Assembly (NCBI RefSeq): GCF_030144855.1
Contig: NC_082730.1
Location: 14,508,001-14,572,000, forward strand
Source: Hypanus sabinus
Lineage: Eukaryota
DNA: 64,000 nt
Direction of reading: 5' to 3'
The notes under the pieces were generated by a model. That model was given only the letters and a program-made list of their open reading frames with translations. It was not told where the DNA came from and made no database searches. Positions within the stretch are counted from its first letter, which is position 1. Each line of letters starts with the position of its first letter. This document shows, piece by piece, positions 50,915-62,905 of the stretch. The translations under genes and the position numbers were made by a program.

Positions 50915-51970
50915 AGCATGAAATACTTTATATTAAAGGTTTTTATTGATTGAAAAGAGCTAATATTTAAGTTTCTGTGTGCTTCAGCAATCAAAAGCAT
51001 TCCCTGGTGTTCACTTGCTTGCTAACAAACAATACACACAAAATGCTGAAGAAACTCAACAGGCCAGGCAGCATCTATGGAAAACACAGTCAACATTTTG
51101 GGCCAGAACTCTTCCAGCATTGTGTGTGTGCTACTTAGATTTCCAGCATCTGCAGATTCTCTCTTGTTTGTGATTTAATTAACTCTCTTGCCGTTCAGCA
51201 TGGGTACTGAGAGTCTGTTCAAAAACTATGATATCGAATGGCCCATCGGTGCAGCATCTCTGCAGCTTTGGGGGGAGTTCTCTGCTGCACTACGGTGCCC
51301 CCAATCAGGCTGATGGGCTCAAACCTGCCTCGCAATGGCAAATTACCTCCAGATTTCAAAGGGAAATCTTGCCATTTACAACCTTGAAATTCACTTTCTT
51401 GCTGACATCCACAGAGAAAATAAAGAAATACAAAAGAATTTATGTAAAAACTCACATAAACAAAGGCTGACAATCCTTATTCCCTGACCTTGTTCAAATT
51501 AGTCAGTGTACGTCCTTTTAATCATTTTGCATCAATGACCTTTCTAATCACTCTCACTTGATAACAATCTTAAATGTATTCCCTTGTGTTATTGACTTTC
51601 TCAATTGTGTAGGGGTGGTGTGGCAAAAACTTATTTAATTTAGAATAATACTGATCATGATGGTTATTTTTTAATTTCCTTGTACTGTAATGATTCATCT
51701 GAGGGAACTTCTGAGTTTGGCACTTCTGTTCATCTTGTTCCTCTTCTCCCTGAAGCAGATTGACTTACTGAGGCTTTAAGAAGTATGTTTACAGACAGCA
51801 TTAGTATTGTGAACAGTGGTGTTCCCCTTTTCCAAAAAAATATGTGCTGGTATTGGACAGGGTCAAGAGAAAGTTGACTAGAATGATTCTGGTAATGAAA
51901 AGTTTAAGGTATGAGGAACTGTTTGATGTTTCTGGGCCTTTAATTGCTGGAGATTAGAAGAATGAGGTGG
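50915..51970. repeat. Recent duplication, paralog at about 55790-56860
   Basis: Near-identical by eye (about 95%), with a few short indels. Confidence 0.9.
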
Positions 51971-54619
51971 AATCTATTTGAACTATCAGTGAAAAAATGG
52001 AAATGTACTGAATTAATAGTGGAAACTAAAAGGCTAAGGAGCAGGAATGGGATATTAATTGCCCTAACAGTAATATCTGCAACTGGAATCTCCCAAAGTT
52101 ACAACACAATAGTATTAAACAATTAGGTCTACACAGCAATATTTATGTACATCTCCAGAAAGTCACAAGAGTAAAATTGAGAAGTGAGTGTGCTTGTACA
52201 TCATGTTTTATCAGCTGGATCTGAGAAGTTTTTTAAAACATAATTAGAGGCTCTTTGTTGGTCGATGCTGACCATGGATGCTGCGTCCCACTGTCGACAT
52301 GATTAACAAGCTGGTACAATATGGAGAGCAAGCTGTTGCTCACGTAGCAGGCTCCCACTTTCCACACAACTGATGATTCCAAAGGAACAACAGAGGCAAA
52401 TACAGTCACAGGAGTTGCCAATCAACGTAGGACAGGAATAGCGTCACCAGCACTGGATACTCCCCAAGCCTTATCCATGAGTGAGTATAGCTGCAAGGCA
52501 GCAGACGATTGAGTTGTGGAGTCTTCTAGAGGAAGTGTTTGAGGCAGGTAGAAATATACCATTTAAGAAGCACCAGGGTAAGTACACGAAGGGGCAGGGC
52601 TCAGAGAGATGTGGGATGAATGTAGGAAATCAGAATCAGAATCAGGTTTAATATCACTGCCCTGTGTCGTGAAATTTGTTTTGCATCAGAGGTACATTGA
52701 TAACAATAAAAACATTAATAAAAATGTAAATGAATATATGTGTGTAAATAAATTAAGTAGAGAATATAAAAAGAGAGGGAAAAATAGTGAGGTAGTGATC
52801 ATGGGTTCACTGTCCAATCAGAAATCTGCTGGTGGAGGGGTTGAAACTGTCTCTGAAATATTGAGTGTTTGTTTTCAGCTTTCGTACCTCCTCTTTGATG
52901 GCAGCAATGAGCAAAGTTCATGTCCTGGTTAATGGGGGACTTCAGTGGAGGATGCTGCCTTTCTGAGGCATTGTCTTTTGAAGGTGCCCTCAATGCTGGG
53001 AAGAATCAGTGGCCAAGATGGAGCTGGCTGAGTTTACAACTTGCTGCAGTTTTATTTCATACCCAGGCAGTGGCCCTTCCATACCAGACAGTGGTGCAAC
53101 TGCTAGAATGGTCTCCACTGTACATTTGCAGAAATCTGAGTGTCATTGACGACAGACCAAGTCTCCTCAAATTCTAATAAATTATAGCCGCTGTTGTGCC
53201 TCCTTTGTAACTGCATCAATACGTTGGGCCCAGGATAGATCTTCAGAAATGATAGCACTGTGGAATTTGAAACTGCTCACCCTTTCCACTGCTGATCCCT
53301 CTCTGTGGACTTGTGGTGTTCACACGATTTCCCCTTCCTGAACTAGGACCATCTGGGGTGGGCACTGTGATCAGCACGGACAATCCATGCTGTACTACTC
53401 TGCAACTCTACAAGATAGTTGTGCATGTTGAACTGAGCCACATGGTTACAAAAGAACTTTATTCAACATAGCAGATCTAGAGAATCTATTTCTGCTCACT
53501 CCACACACAACAGTACAGTGGCGTTTTATACTTTGTAAACCAAAAGACAACAATCAGTGATTCACTGAATTTTAATAGTATTGTTATCTAACCCTTAAAT
53601 TTTACTTCTAAAAATAGACAGGCAACTTTTGCAGAATTGCATATTTACAATGGGAGAACACCCCAAATGAACAGCACATCTGAATTTTGATGGACTAGTG
53701 GCTGGTCCAAGAGCTTCTGAGCATAAATACCAGGCACCCAAAATCTATATCTTTTACCTCAGAGTTGAGCGATGAGCCCTGGCCATACAAAGGCACGTAT
53801 TCGATTTTAACTCTCTGATAGTACAGAAGACGGCCACTTAGTGGTTCCCCTGATCTTATCCTGAAGGCTTCATTAAGTACAAGTTAATATCACCATTGAT
53901 CTATTGCCTCACCCTGGGGTGTTACAGAATCAAATGAGGCCACCCTCAAGGTGGAGGAGCAACACATTATAATCTTTCCGGTTAGCCTCAAAACTGCTGG
54001 CATGAATATCGGTTTGTCCTTCCATTTAATAAAAATCCCTCCCCCTCCCCTCTCGCTCTATTCCCCACTCTGGCCTCTTGCCTCTTCTCATCTGCTGATT
54101 ACCTCCCACAGCTCCTCCTCTTTCTCCTTTCGTCGAATCTTTGGACACTACCTCACTCTGCTTTTGCACATTTTAACAATCTATTCAATATATTAATTGA
54201 TTTATTGTTTATTTATTATTATTTTTATTTATTAATTTTTCTCTCTGCTAGATTACATATTGCATTGAACTGCTGCTGCTAAGTTAACAAATTTTCATCA
54301 CATGCTGGTGATAATAAACCTGATTCTGATTCTCTCCTATCAGATTCCTTCTTCTCCTGTCCTTTATCTCTCCAAACCACCTGGTTTCACCTGTCACCTT
54401 CTAGCTATCCTCTTTCCGTTTCCCCCTCCACCTTTTATTCTGACGTCTTCGCCTTACCTTTCCACTTCAGATGAATGGTCTCAGTCCCAAATATGGACTA
54501 TTCATTCATTTCCATGGATGCTGCCTGACCTGCTGAGTTCCTCTAGCATTTTGTGTGTGTTGCTTTAGAATCAGAATGACCCACACTCAGTGACTGGTTT
54601 CAACAACCTTAGACTATGT

Positions 54620-55735
54620 AGTCTTTCAAACTATTTGCTTATTATTGAGGTGAGTGCAACAGGATGCCACTCATTCAGACATGTTAACCTTGATATGTTT
54701 AGGTACAGGAGCAATAGTGGATGTTTTGAAGCAGGAGGGCACTCTGCATTGGAAGAGTGAGAGATTAAAAATGTCTGTAAAAACACCTGCCAGTTGTGAC
54801 GCACACATCCCGAGTAGCTGCCAGGGGATGCCATCCGGTCCCGTAGCCTTGCCACTGTCCACTCATTGGAAACACCTGCATACGTCAGCCTCAGAGATGA
54901 CAAAAGTGTAAGTCTCTTTGTCCGCTCTTCTCGGGGCCTCAGTGTTGGCGACATTGAATTGAACGTAAGAAAGATTTAGCTCATTTGGGAGAGAGGTGGC
55001 GATGTTGGCAGCATCAATACACTTAGCTTTCAAGTCTGCGATGGTGTACAGACCTTGCCATAATCTGCTTGTGTTGCTGGTGGAGAGTTGTGTCTGGATC
55101 TTGTCCCTGTATTATTGTTTCACTGCCTTGAAGACTTTGCGTAGTTCGTAGCTGCATTTCTTGGGTTCCTGTTGATTACCGGTGGGGTAAGCTCCATCTT
55201 GCACGGTAAGTCCAGCACACACAGAACTGTTGATCCAGGATTGTGGTTTGAGTAGACTCTGACCAATTTTTTGGGGACAATGTCCTTTGTGTGCTTCCAG
55301 AAGAAGCTGGTGTCCCCTCCTGTGAACTCGGGGACATCCTCATCACGAAAGAGATTCCAGTTGATGTTCTGAAAGCAGTTCTGTAGTATAGAGACTAATT
55401 GGTCGAACCAAGTATTCTATCTCCCTGTGTACACATCTGGATGTGTTGACAAAGCTTCCAAGAGAATTTAGACAGTGACGTTCTATAAAAAAACCCGGCA
55501 GGGATGAAGGCAGCTTCTGGGTGAACAGTCTTCAGGGTGCTGTTGGTCTTGTACAGTTCCTTGAGAGCCAGGTCAGTATCAGGCTGTGGCAGAATATGCA
55601 CATTTGTAATAATAAAACAACCGCAAACTCCCTGGAAAGCCAAAAAGGTCTGCACAGTAGCACAAGGTACTCCAGATCCAGGGAACAAAATTCTGATAAA
55701 CAGTCTGCAGTGCTGAATTTTACCATTTCTCATTC
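54620..55735 (-). mobile_element. Rex1/Babar-type LINE fragment (paralogous to 50530-50910 and longer)
   Basis: KATGPDGIP...[14 protein letters not shown], plus endonuclease-region ORFs. Confidence 0.8.
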
Positions 55736-58694
55736 TGCAGGTGATGACTGACCTGCTGAGATTAATCAGCAAATCATTTATTTCAAGAAACAGCATGAAA
55801 TAGTTTATATTAAAGGTTTTTATTTGATTGAAAAGAGCTAATATTTAAGTTTCTGTGTTTTTCAGCAATCAAAAGCATTCCCAGGTGTTCACTTGCTTGC
55901 TAACAAACAATACACACAAAATGCTGAAGGAACTCAACAGGCCAGGCAGCATCTATGGAAAACACAGTCAATGTTTCGGGCCAGAACTCTTCCAGCATTG
56001 TGTGTGTGCTACTTAGATTTCCAGCATCTGCAGATTCTCTCTTGTTTGTGATTTAATTAACTTTATTGCCGTCAGCATGAGAGTCTGTTCAAAAACTATG
56101 ATACCGAATGGCCCATTGGTGCAGCATCTCTGCAGCTTTGGGGGGAGTTCTCTGCTGCACTACGGTGCCCCCAATCAGGCTGATGGGCTCAAACCTGCCT
56201 CGCAATGGCAAATTACCTCCAGATTTCAAAGGGAAATCTTGCCATTTACAACCTTGAAATTCACTTTCTTGCTGACATCCACAGAGAAAATAAAGAAATA
56301 CAAAAGAATTTATGTAAAAACTCACATAAACAAAAGCTGACAAACCTTATTCCCTGACCTTGTTCAAATCAGTCAGTGTACGTCCTTTTAATCATTTTGC
56401 ATCAATGACCTTTCTAATCACTCTCACTTGATAACAATCTTAAATGTATTCCTTTGTGTTATTGACTTTCTCACTTGTGTAGGGGTGGTGTGGCAAAGAC
56501 TTATTTAATTTAGAATAATACTGAGTAACTCTTACTGATCATGATGGTTATTTTTTAATTTCCTTGTACTGTAATGATGCATCTGAGGGAACTTCTGAGT
56601 TTGGCACTTCTGTTCATCTTGTTCCTCTTCTCCCAGAAGCAGATTGACTTACTGAGGCTTTAAAAAGTATGTTTACAGACAGCATTAGAATTGTGAATGG
56701 TGGTGTGCCCCTTTTCGAAGAAAGTTTGTGCTGGTATTGGACAGGGTCAAGAGAAAGTTGACTAGAATGATTCTGATAATGAAAAGGTTAAGGTATGAGG
56801 AACTGTTTGATGTTTCTGGGACTTTACTTGCTAGAGATTAGAAGAATGAGGTGGAATCTATTTGAACTTATCCAGTACTGAAAGTGGATAAGGAGAGGGT
56901 GCTTCCTGCAATGATTGTCAAGGATTGTCAGAGGTTACAGCCTCAGAATAAAGGGATGTCCATTCAGAGACTGATTTGTTACTACAGATTGTACAATCAA
57001 TAACTATCTCAATATAATAATACAGGATAAATTAGCAAGAAAAACTTACTTCATTAGATATAGCCATTCCAAACATGCATAACTTACAGAAATCAATAAG
57101 TGAAAAATACTTATAGTCGAATCGTCGGACACTACCTCACTTTTTAAAAAATATATAGTATTCAGTTTTTGCATCTTAAAAATCTATTCAATATACGTGA
57201 ATAGTTGATTTACTTGTTTATTTATTATTATTATTTTCTCTCTTTGCTAGATTATGTATTGCATTGAACTGCTGCCGCTAAGTTAACAAATTTTACATCA
57301 CATGCTGGTGATAACAAACCTGATTCTGATTCTCTCCTATCAGATTCCTTCTGCTCCTGTTTTTTTTATCTTTTCAAATCACTTGGTTTTGCCTGTCAGC
57401 TTCTAGTTATCCTCTTTCTGTTCCCCCTTCCAGTTTTTATTCTGACGTCTTCACCTTTACTTTCCACCCCTGATGAATGGTCTCAGTCCCAAACGTTGAC
57501 TGTTCATTAATTTTCTTGGATGCTGCCTGAACTGCTGAGTTCCTCCAGGATTTTGAGTGTGTTGCTTTAGTATCAGAACCACCCACACTCAATAATTGGT
57601 TCAAAACCATTAGACTATCAGTGGGTTACATTGAAGTTCAGGAAGTTTTGTTCTCATTTTTAATTAATATCAATTATGTATATAATTTCACTACTCCAGA
57701 ATTATACACGGCAGTGAAGAAAATAATTAATGAGGGGAGTGGAGTGGATGTTGTAGACATGGACTTTTGTAAAGCATTTGACATGGTCCCTTATATGATG
57801 CTGGTCTGCAAAAGTGAGTCACACCAGATCATAGTGAGTTTGTCAGTTAGAAACTAAGTTGGCATGTTGATAAGCAACTGAGGTCAGTAGTGGAGGGGTG
57901 ATTATCTGACAGGAGCCCTGTGACCAGTGGAGCTCTGCAAGGTTCAGTGCTTGGACCTCTGTTGCTTGCAATAGATATCAATGAGTTGCATGCTACATGG
58001 AGAGCTTGGAGAAAGTTAGAGCGTCAGAGCTCTAAAAGACATGCATTTAAGGTGACCAGGAGAAAACATTGAAAGAGATGTGACAGGCACTTTTTTTATA
58101 CAGGGGAATAAATGGTGTCTGGAAGGGTCTACCAAGGGAAGTGGTGGAATAAGATACGTACAATAGCAACATTGGAAAGGTATTTAAATAGACACATGGA
58201 TAGGTAAGAACATCTGCAGGCACATAGGATTAGTTAGATTGAAATAATGGTCATCACAGAAAGGGTGAGCCAAGGTCTTTTCCATGTGTTATACCCTGAT
58301 ATGATCTATATTCTATATCTTTATTTTTTTGTTTCACTTAAATTGCCTCTGAAGTTGAGAGAGTAGATTTTCAGTCAGCCTCACACAGCAATCTTTCTTT
58401 ATATATAAGAAAAATTCCCAAGAATCTTTCTGGGAGAACTGTAACTCAGTCCATCGTAAACGTGTCCTTCTTTAGGTGGAAAAAAACAAAGGCGCACAAA
58501 ATAGTCCAGATGTAGTCCAAGTAAAGCTCTATATATTTGGAACATGATAATCACTCTGTTAATATTTAAATACCTGAAAGATATTATGATTGAGGAGGGG
58601 GTGGTGGGAGTGGGGTGTCGGAGTGGATATTGTAGAAGTCAGAATAACAAGTAAGAGCATTTTGACATTCAGAGTTATAACCTAGTCTGCTAAA

Positions 58695-59100
58695 TGAGCA
58701 CAACCTTGTCGTGGTTTGGAGGTTTGTGTGCCTCAATGACCCAAAGGGTTAAGTTGGTTAGATTCAAGGCATTATGATTTGGCTCTTGGTAGGGTGGCAT
58801 TTGCCAAACAGTTCAAAGAGTAAAGGCCAGACTAAGAGTGGTCCACTGGTCCTCCAGGTTCAAGAGTTCAGCCCAAGGCTAACAACCCTGATAGTTAAAA
58901 CAAAACTGTTGTGGTAACAGCAATGAGGAATCATTTTACATCTGAGTGTGATGCTATTCTTGAGCTTCAATCCACGACTTGCATGACTAACAGTAGTGAA
59001 AACTGAGAGACACTAATAACATGATGAAGGAAGCCCTGAACACCAGCAGAAATGGAGGACCTTCTTGGCAGCCCTAAATGCCAGTGGTGTAACGGGCAGT
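58695..59100 (+). mobile_element. RTE-type LINE 5' region
   Basis: ccttgtcgtggtttggagg..tgcctcaatgacc head resembles RTE 5' ends. No protein motif is visible. Confidence 0.45.
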
Positions 59101-59244
59101 AACACAGATGATCTGGACTCAGACCCTCATTGTCAATTGGTTATACTTGCTGATGAAGGGGAACTGGAAAGCTGGGGGTGTGGAAGAAGCAGCTCAGAAT
59201 AAGCTTGACAAAGTAATCATGTGGATTGATTAAGGCAGAAGACT

Positions 59245-60152
59245 TACACCCAGGGGCCACTTTATTAGGTACACCTGTACACCTGCTCGTTAATTCAAAT
59301 ACCTAATCAGCCAATCATGTGGCAGCAACTCAATGTAAAAAAGCATACAGATCTGGTCAAGAGGTTCTGGTGTTCAGACAAAAGACTGGAATTGAGAAAA
59401 ATTGTGACATAAGCAATTAACAAACAAAACATCCAGTGAGTGGCAGCTCTGTGCGTGTAAATGCCTTGTTAATGAGAGAGGTCAGAGGTATTGGAAAACA
59501 CTGCCTTTTTAAAGTAATACTTTTTATAAGGTTTGTACTTTTCACAGTACTTGATGATTTATCCCCACTTATTGGCAAAAAGTGGTATAGCAGTTAAACA
59601 GATAATTTATCACCTTCCTCATTTTTCATAGGCTAAATTTTAGATCATTACTTACATGAGGTAATTGGTTTACTGATGAAGCCTATTAACTATTTTATTT
59701 CTATCGAAGCACCTTGCTTTATATTAAGTATAAAAGTAATATATGTTTCAGATGTGCCATCTTCTTGTTCACGTTCTTTGCCATTCTTTTATCTCTCAGC
59801 ATCATTTCTCAGCTCTTTGTCTAGTTTGCTTCATACTTGTATGTTTGTTTGTACTTTAAAATAAATGATCATTGGAATTAAGACTGCTCTTTGTTCCTGA
59901 CTTCTGGAAGAAACCGAAGGATCACAAAATAAACAGAGGTCCAAAAGAGGACAATAGCGAGACTGGTTCAAACTGACAGCAAGGTGATAGTAAAGCAGAT
60001 AACCATGCATTACAACACTGGTTGCAGAAGAACAGTTCTCAGTGCATAATAAGCCAACACACATGCTTTTAAGCATCAAATTGCTGCCACATGATCGGCA
60101 GATTAGTTATTTGTGTTAACAAGCAGGTGTACCTAATAAAGTGGATACTGAC
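59245..60152. mobile_element. Tc1/mariner-derived element with about 450 bp of unrelated internal sequence
   Basis: Inverted termini ccactttattaggtacacctg / caggtgtacctaataaagtgg. The two halves match the intron-2 element. Confidence 0.65.
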
Positions 60153-62359
60153 CATAACTCTTCTGCCTTAATCGATCCACATAATTACTTTAGCAAACTT
60201 ATTCCCATTTCTGTGCAGTACCAGGAAAGAAAGCTTTCCATATGGGCTTTGTGAGTTGGCTTTGAAATTTGATATCTGTATAGATGACATTGTCCACATC
60301 AGTACTAGAGTGCATTGCTATTTCAGCTTTTAAATTTCACTTTTGCATACACAAAATTCACCACCCCAGCAAGCCCCGTCAAACCAGATTAACCCGAACC
60401 TGATCACGGGACATTTCCATTGACCAATTAACCTACCTGGTATGTCTTTGGACTGGGATGAAACTGGAGGACCCGGAGTGTATCCATGCATCCCACAGGG
60501 AGGACATTCAGAGACTCCTTTCAGAACGGCACTGGAATTGAACTACAAATTCCGGAATGCCCCAAGCTGTAATAGCTTAGTGCGAACCGCTAGGTTACCG
60601 TGGCACCCATACTGAATCTCAGAACCACAGGAACCCAGGCTGCAACACAATAATGATTCTCCACACAGAGCAAACCTCTGCTCTGGTTACTACACAATAT
60701 TCAGAAAGGATCATATTGTTTCATACCAACCTTCTGTGCTACTGAAAATTAATATTTATCATCTTTGTACATTGTAATGAGGGTTTTGGCTTTGAATTTT
60801 TCTATTGCTACAAATTTTCTCTGATCTATGCAACATTTCCTACATTGTCTCTGCGTGTTTTTAGAGAATATTTCTCCATCACAGTATGGTGGAACAGATT
60901 ACCTGACAATATTCACACTGTCCCATGAACATCTCACTGATCTCTCCAAAACTTTGTGGCAAATTGTCCCTCAGGCGGGAGGAAAAAACTGCCCAAAATA
61001 AAAATCACCTCACTTTCCAAACGGCCATAAAACCTCCTTTCGAATTCAGCACTGAGATCAACAATTTCATCTGTTGTCTCACCCTGGGGTCATACAGAAT
61101 CCGAATGTCCTATCCTCAATGAACGGGTTTGATAGCCTGAGATTATTAGTAGATGTTAGGTTCCTCCCCCACCCCCGATTTGGTTTGCCATTTTATTTCT
61201 AGCCACTAGATATCACTGCTTTCTTGTAAATTTACAGCTGTTGTTCATTCCTCACTACTGTGTTTCTAAGCAATTGACCTTCGACATCAGGTCAGCTATT
61301 TTATCATTGCTTGTATATTTATTCATTCATTAGTCAGAAACATTTTGTTACGAGTTGAAGGAACTTTAATCAATATTTGAATCCATTTCTTGTGAGAATA
61401 TCTAGAAAGATTGTCGTTTTACTCAGATCCTAGCTTACTGTAACACATTGATGAACAATAAATCTGCCTTCAAACTACAACTACCCACCTTTTGCCTCAC
61501 ACATCATCTCTTCTGATCTTTTTTCTGTCCTGTACTCCCTCAGAATCCCTCTCTTTAGTGCTTCCTTCCGTACTTCCTCTGCACCTCAAGACTTGTTATC
61601 GCTCACATTTTCCAGTTCTGGTGTAAGGTTGCTGCCTTGAAGGATCAGCTGTTCCTCTCTCCACAGCTGCCGTCTGACATGCTGAGCATTCCCAGCACTT
61701 TTCTGCCAATATCTCAGGTATTGATCACTTAGGGAATTTCTCTTTGGAAAATAATGCACTCCTTTTTTTCAGATCTTTGCAACAAACAGGGACTAGGGTA
61801 AGTCATTGTCTGGACAGTTGGAGAGAGAGAGAGGCCAGGGAATATATCACAGGGAGCAGTTGTATTATTAGTTGTCATAATCTTCAGCCAATGAAGTCAG
61901 CTGATGAGTTGGAGACTGCAGGGGCTTTGTTTTCTAGAGATCAACTCCATTTCCCCATTTGATAACTCACAGTTCTCTTCACTGGTTTACAAAGTCTATT
62001 TAAGGGACACCAGACTATTTATTTAGTGATACATCATTGAGTAAACCCTTCCATCCCTTTGAACCACGCTGACCCAGCAACTCTGACAAACCTGATTAAC
62101 CTTAAGCTAATCATGGGACAATTTAGAATGACCAAATAATATACCTGGTGTGTCTTTGGACTGTGGGAGGAAACTGCAGCACCCCAGAAAAACCCACACA
62201 TTGAATGGGGAGAACATAGAGACTCCTTGCAGACTGCATCAGAATTGAACTCCAAACTCCATAATGCCCTGAGCTGTAATAGCGTCACGCTAACCGCTAT
62301 ATGAAAAACAATTGAAGGAAAAAGGTATCTATTCTTGACTGGAGAACACAGAAAGACAA

Positions 62360-62755
62360 TTGATCATAAGAACATAAGATATAGGAGCAGAATTAGGCCA
62401 TTCAACCCATTGAGTCTACTCCACCATTCAATCATGCCTGATTTATTATCCCTCTTAAACTATTCTGCTGCCTTCTTTCTGTAACCTTTGACACCCTTAC
62501 TAATCAAGAACCTACCAATCTTTGTTTTAAATATACCCAATGATATGGTCTCCATTTCCTGTGGCAATAAGTTCCACAGATTCACAAGCTTCTGGCTAAA
62601 GTATTCCTCCTCAACTCTCTTTGAAAGGGATGCCCTTCTATTCTGAGTCCATTCTGAGTCTGAGACTTTTGGGCCTAGATGCCTTCACCATAGGAAACAC
62701 CCTCCCCACATCCATTGGGCTTTTCAATGCTCGACAGCTTTCCATGAGATCCATG
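62360..62755 (-). mobile_element. CR1 3' end abutting the copy-3 exon; a similar CR1 end lies at 63410-63845
   Basis: cataagaacataaga tail and ORF2 C-terminal remnant. Confidence 0.75.
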
Positions 62756-62905
62756 GGTATCAGAGATACTTGAATCCACGGATGGGGTCTTTTCATACCA
62801 TGGGAAGGGATCCATGGAGAGACTGATGGGACACTGACACGGAGTCCCCACAACTTGAGCCATTTAATGGCGATGAAAATCGAAGCAAAGGAACAGACAC
62901 AGGTT
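62756..62905 (-). pseudogene. Receptor copy 3, decayed C2-type Ig exon fragment
   Basis: tttccacag|EPVSVPLLRFSSP...SHQSLHGSLP, then frameshift to WYEKTPSVDSSISDT. The first Ig Cys is lost (SCE to SHQ) and the 3' half is replaced by CR1 sequence. Confidence 0.85.

Noticed and set aside
59700-59903. Strong minus-strand acceptor followed by EQEDGTSETYITF
   Set aside because: Two in-frame stops precede the motif, and the segment sits inside a transposon insert.
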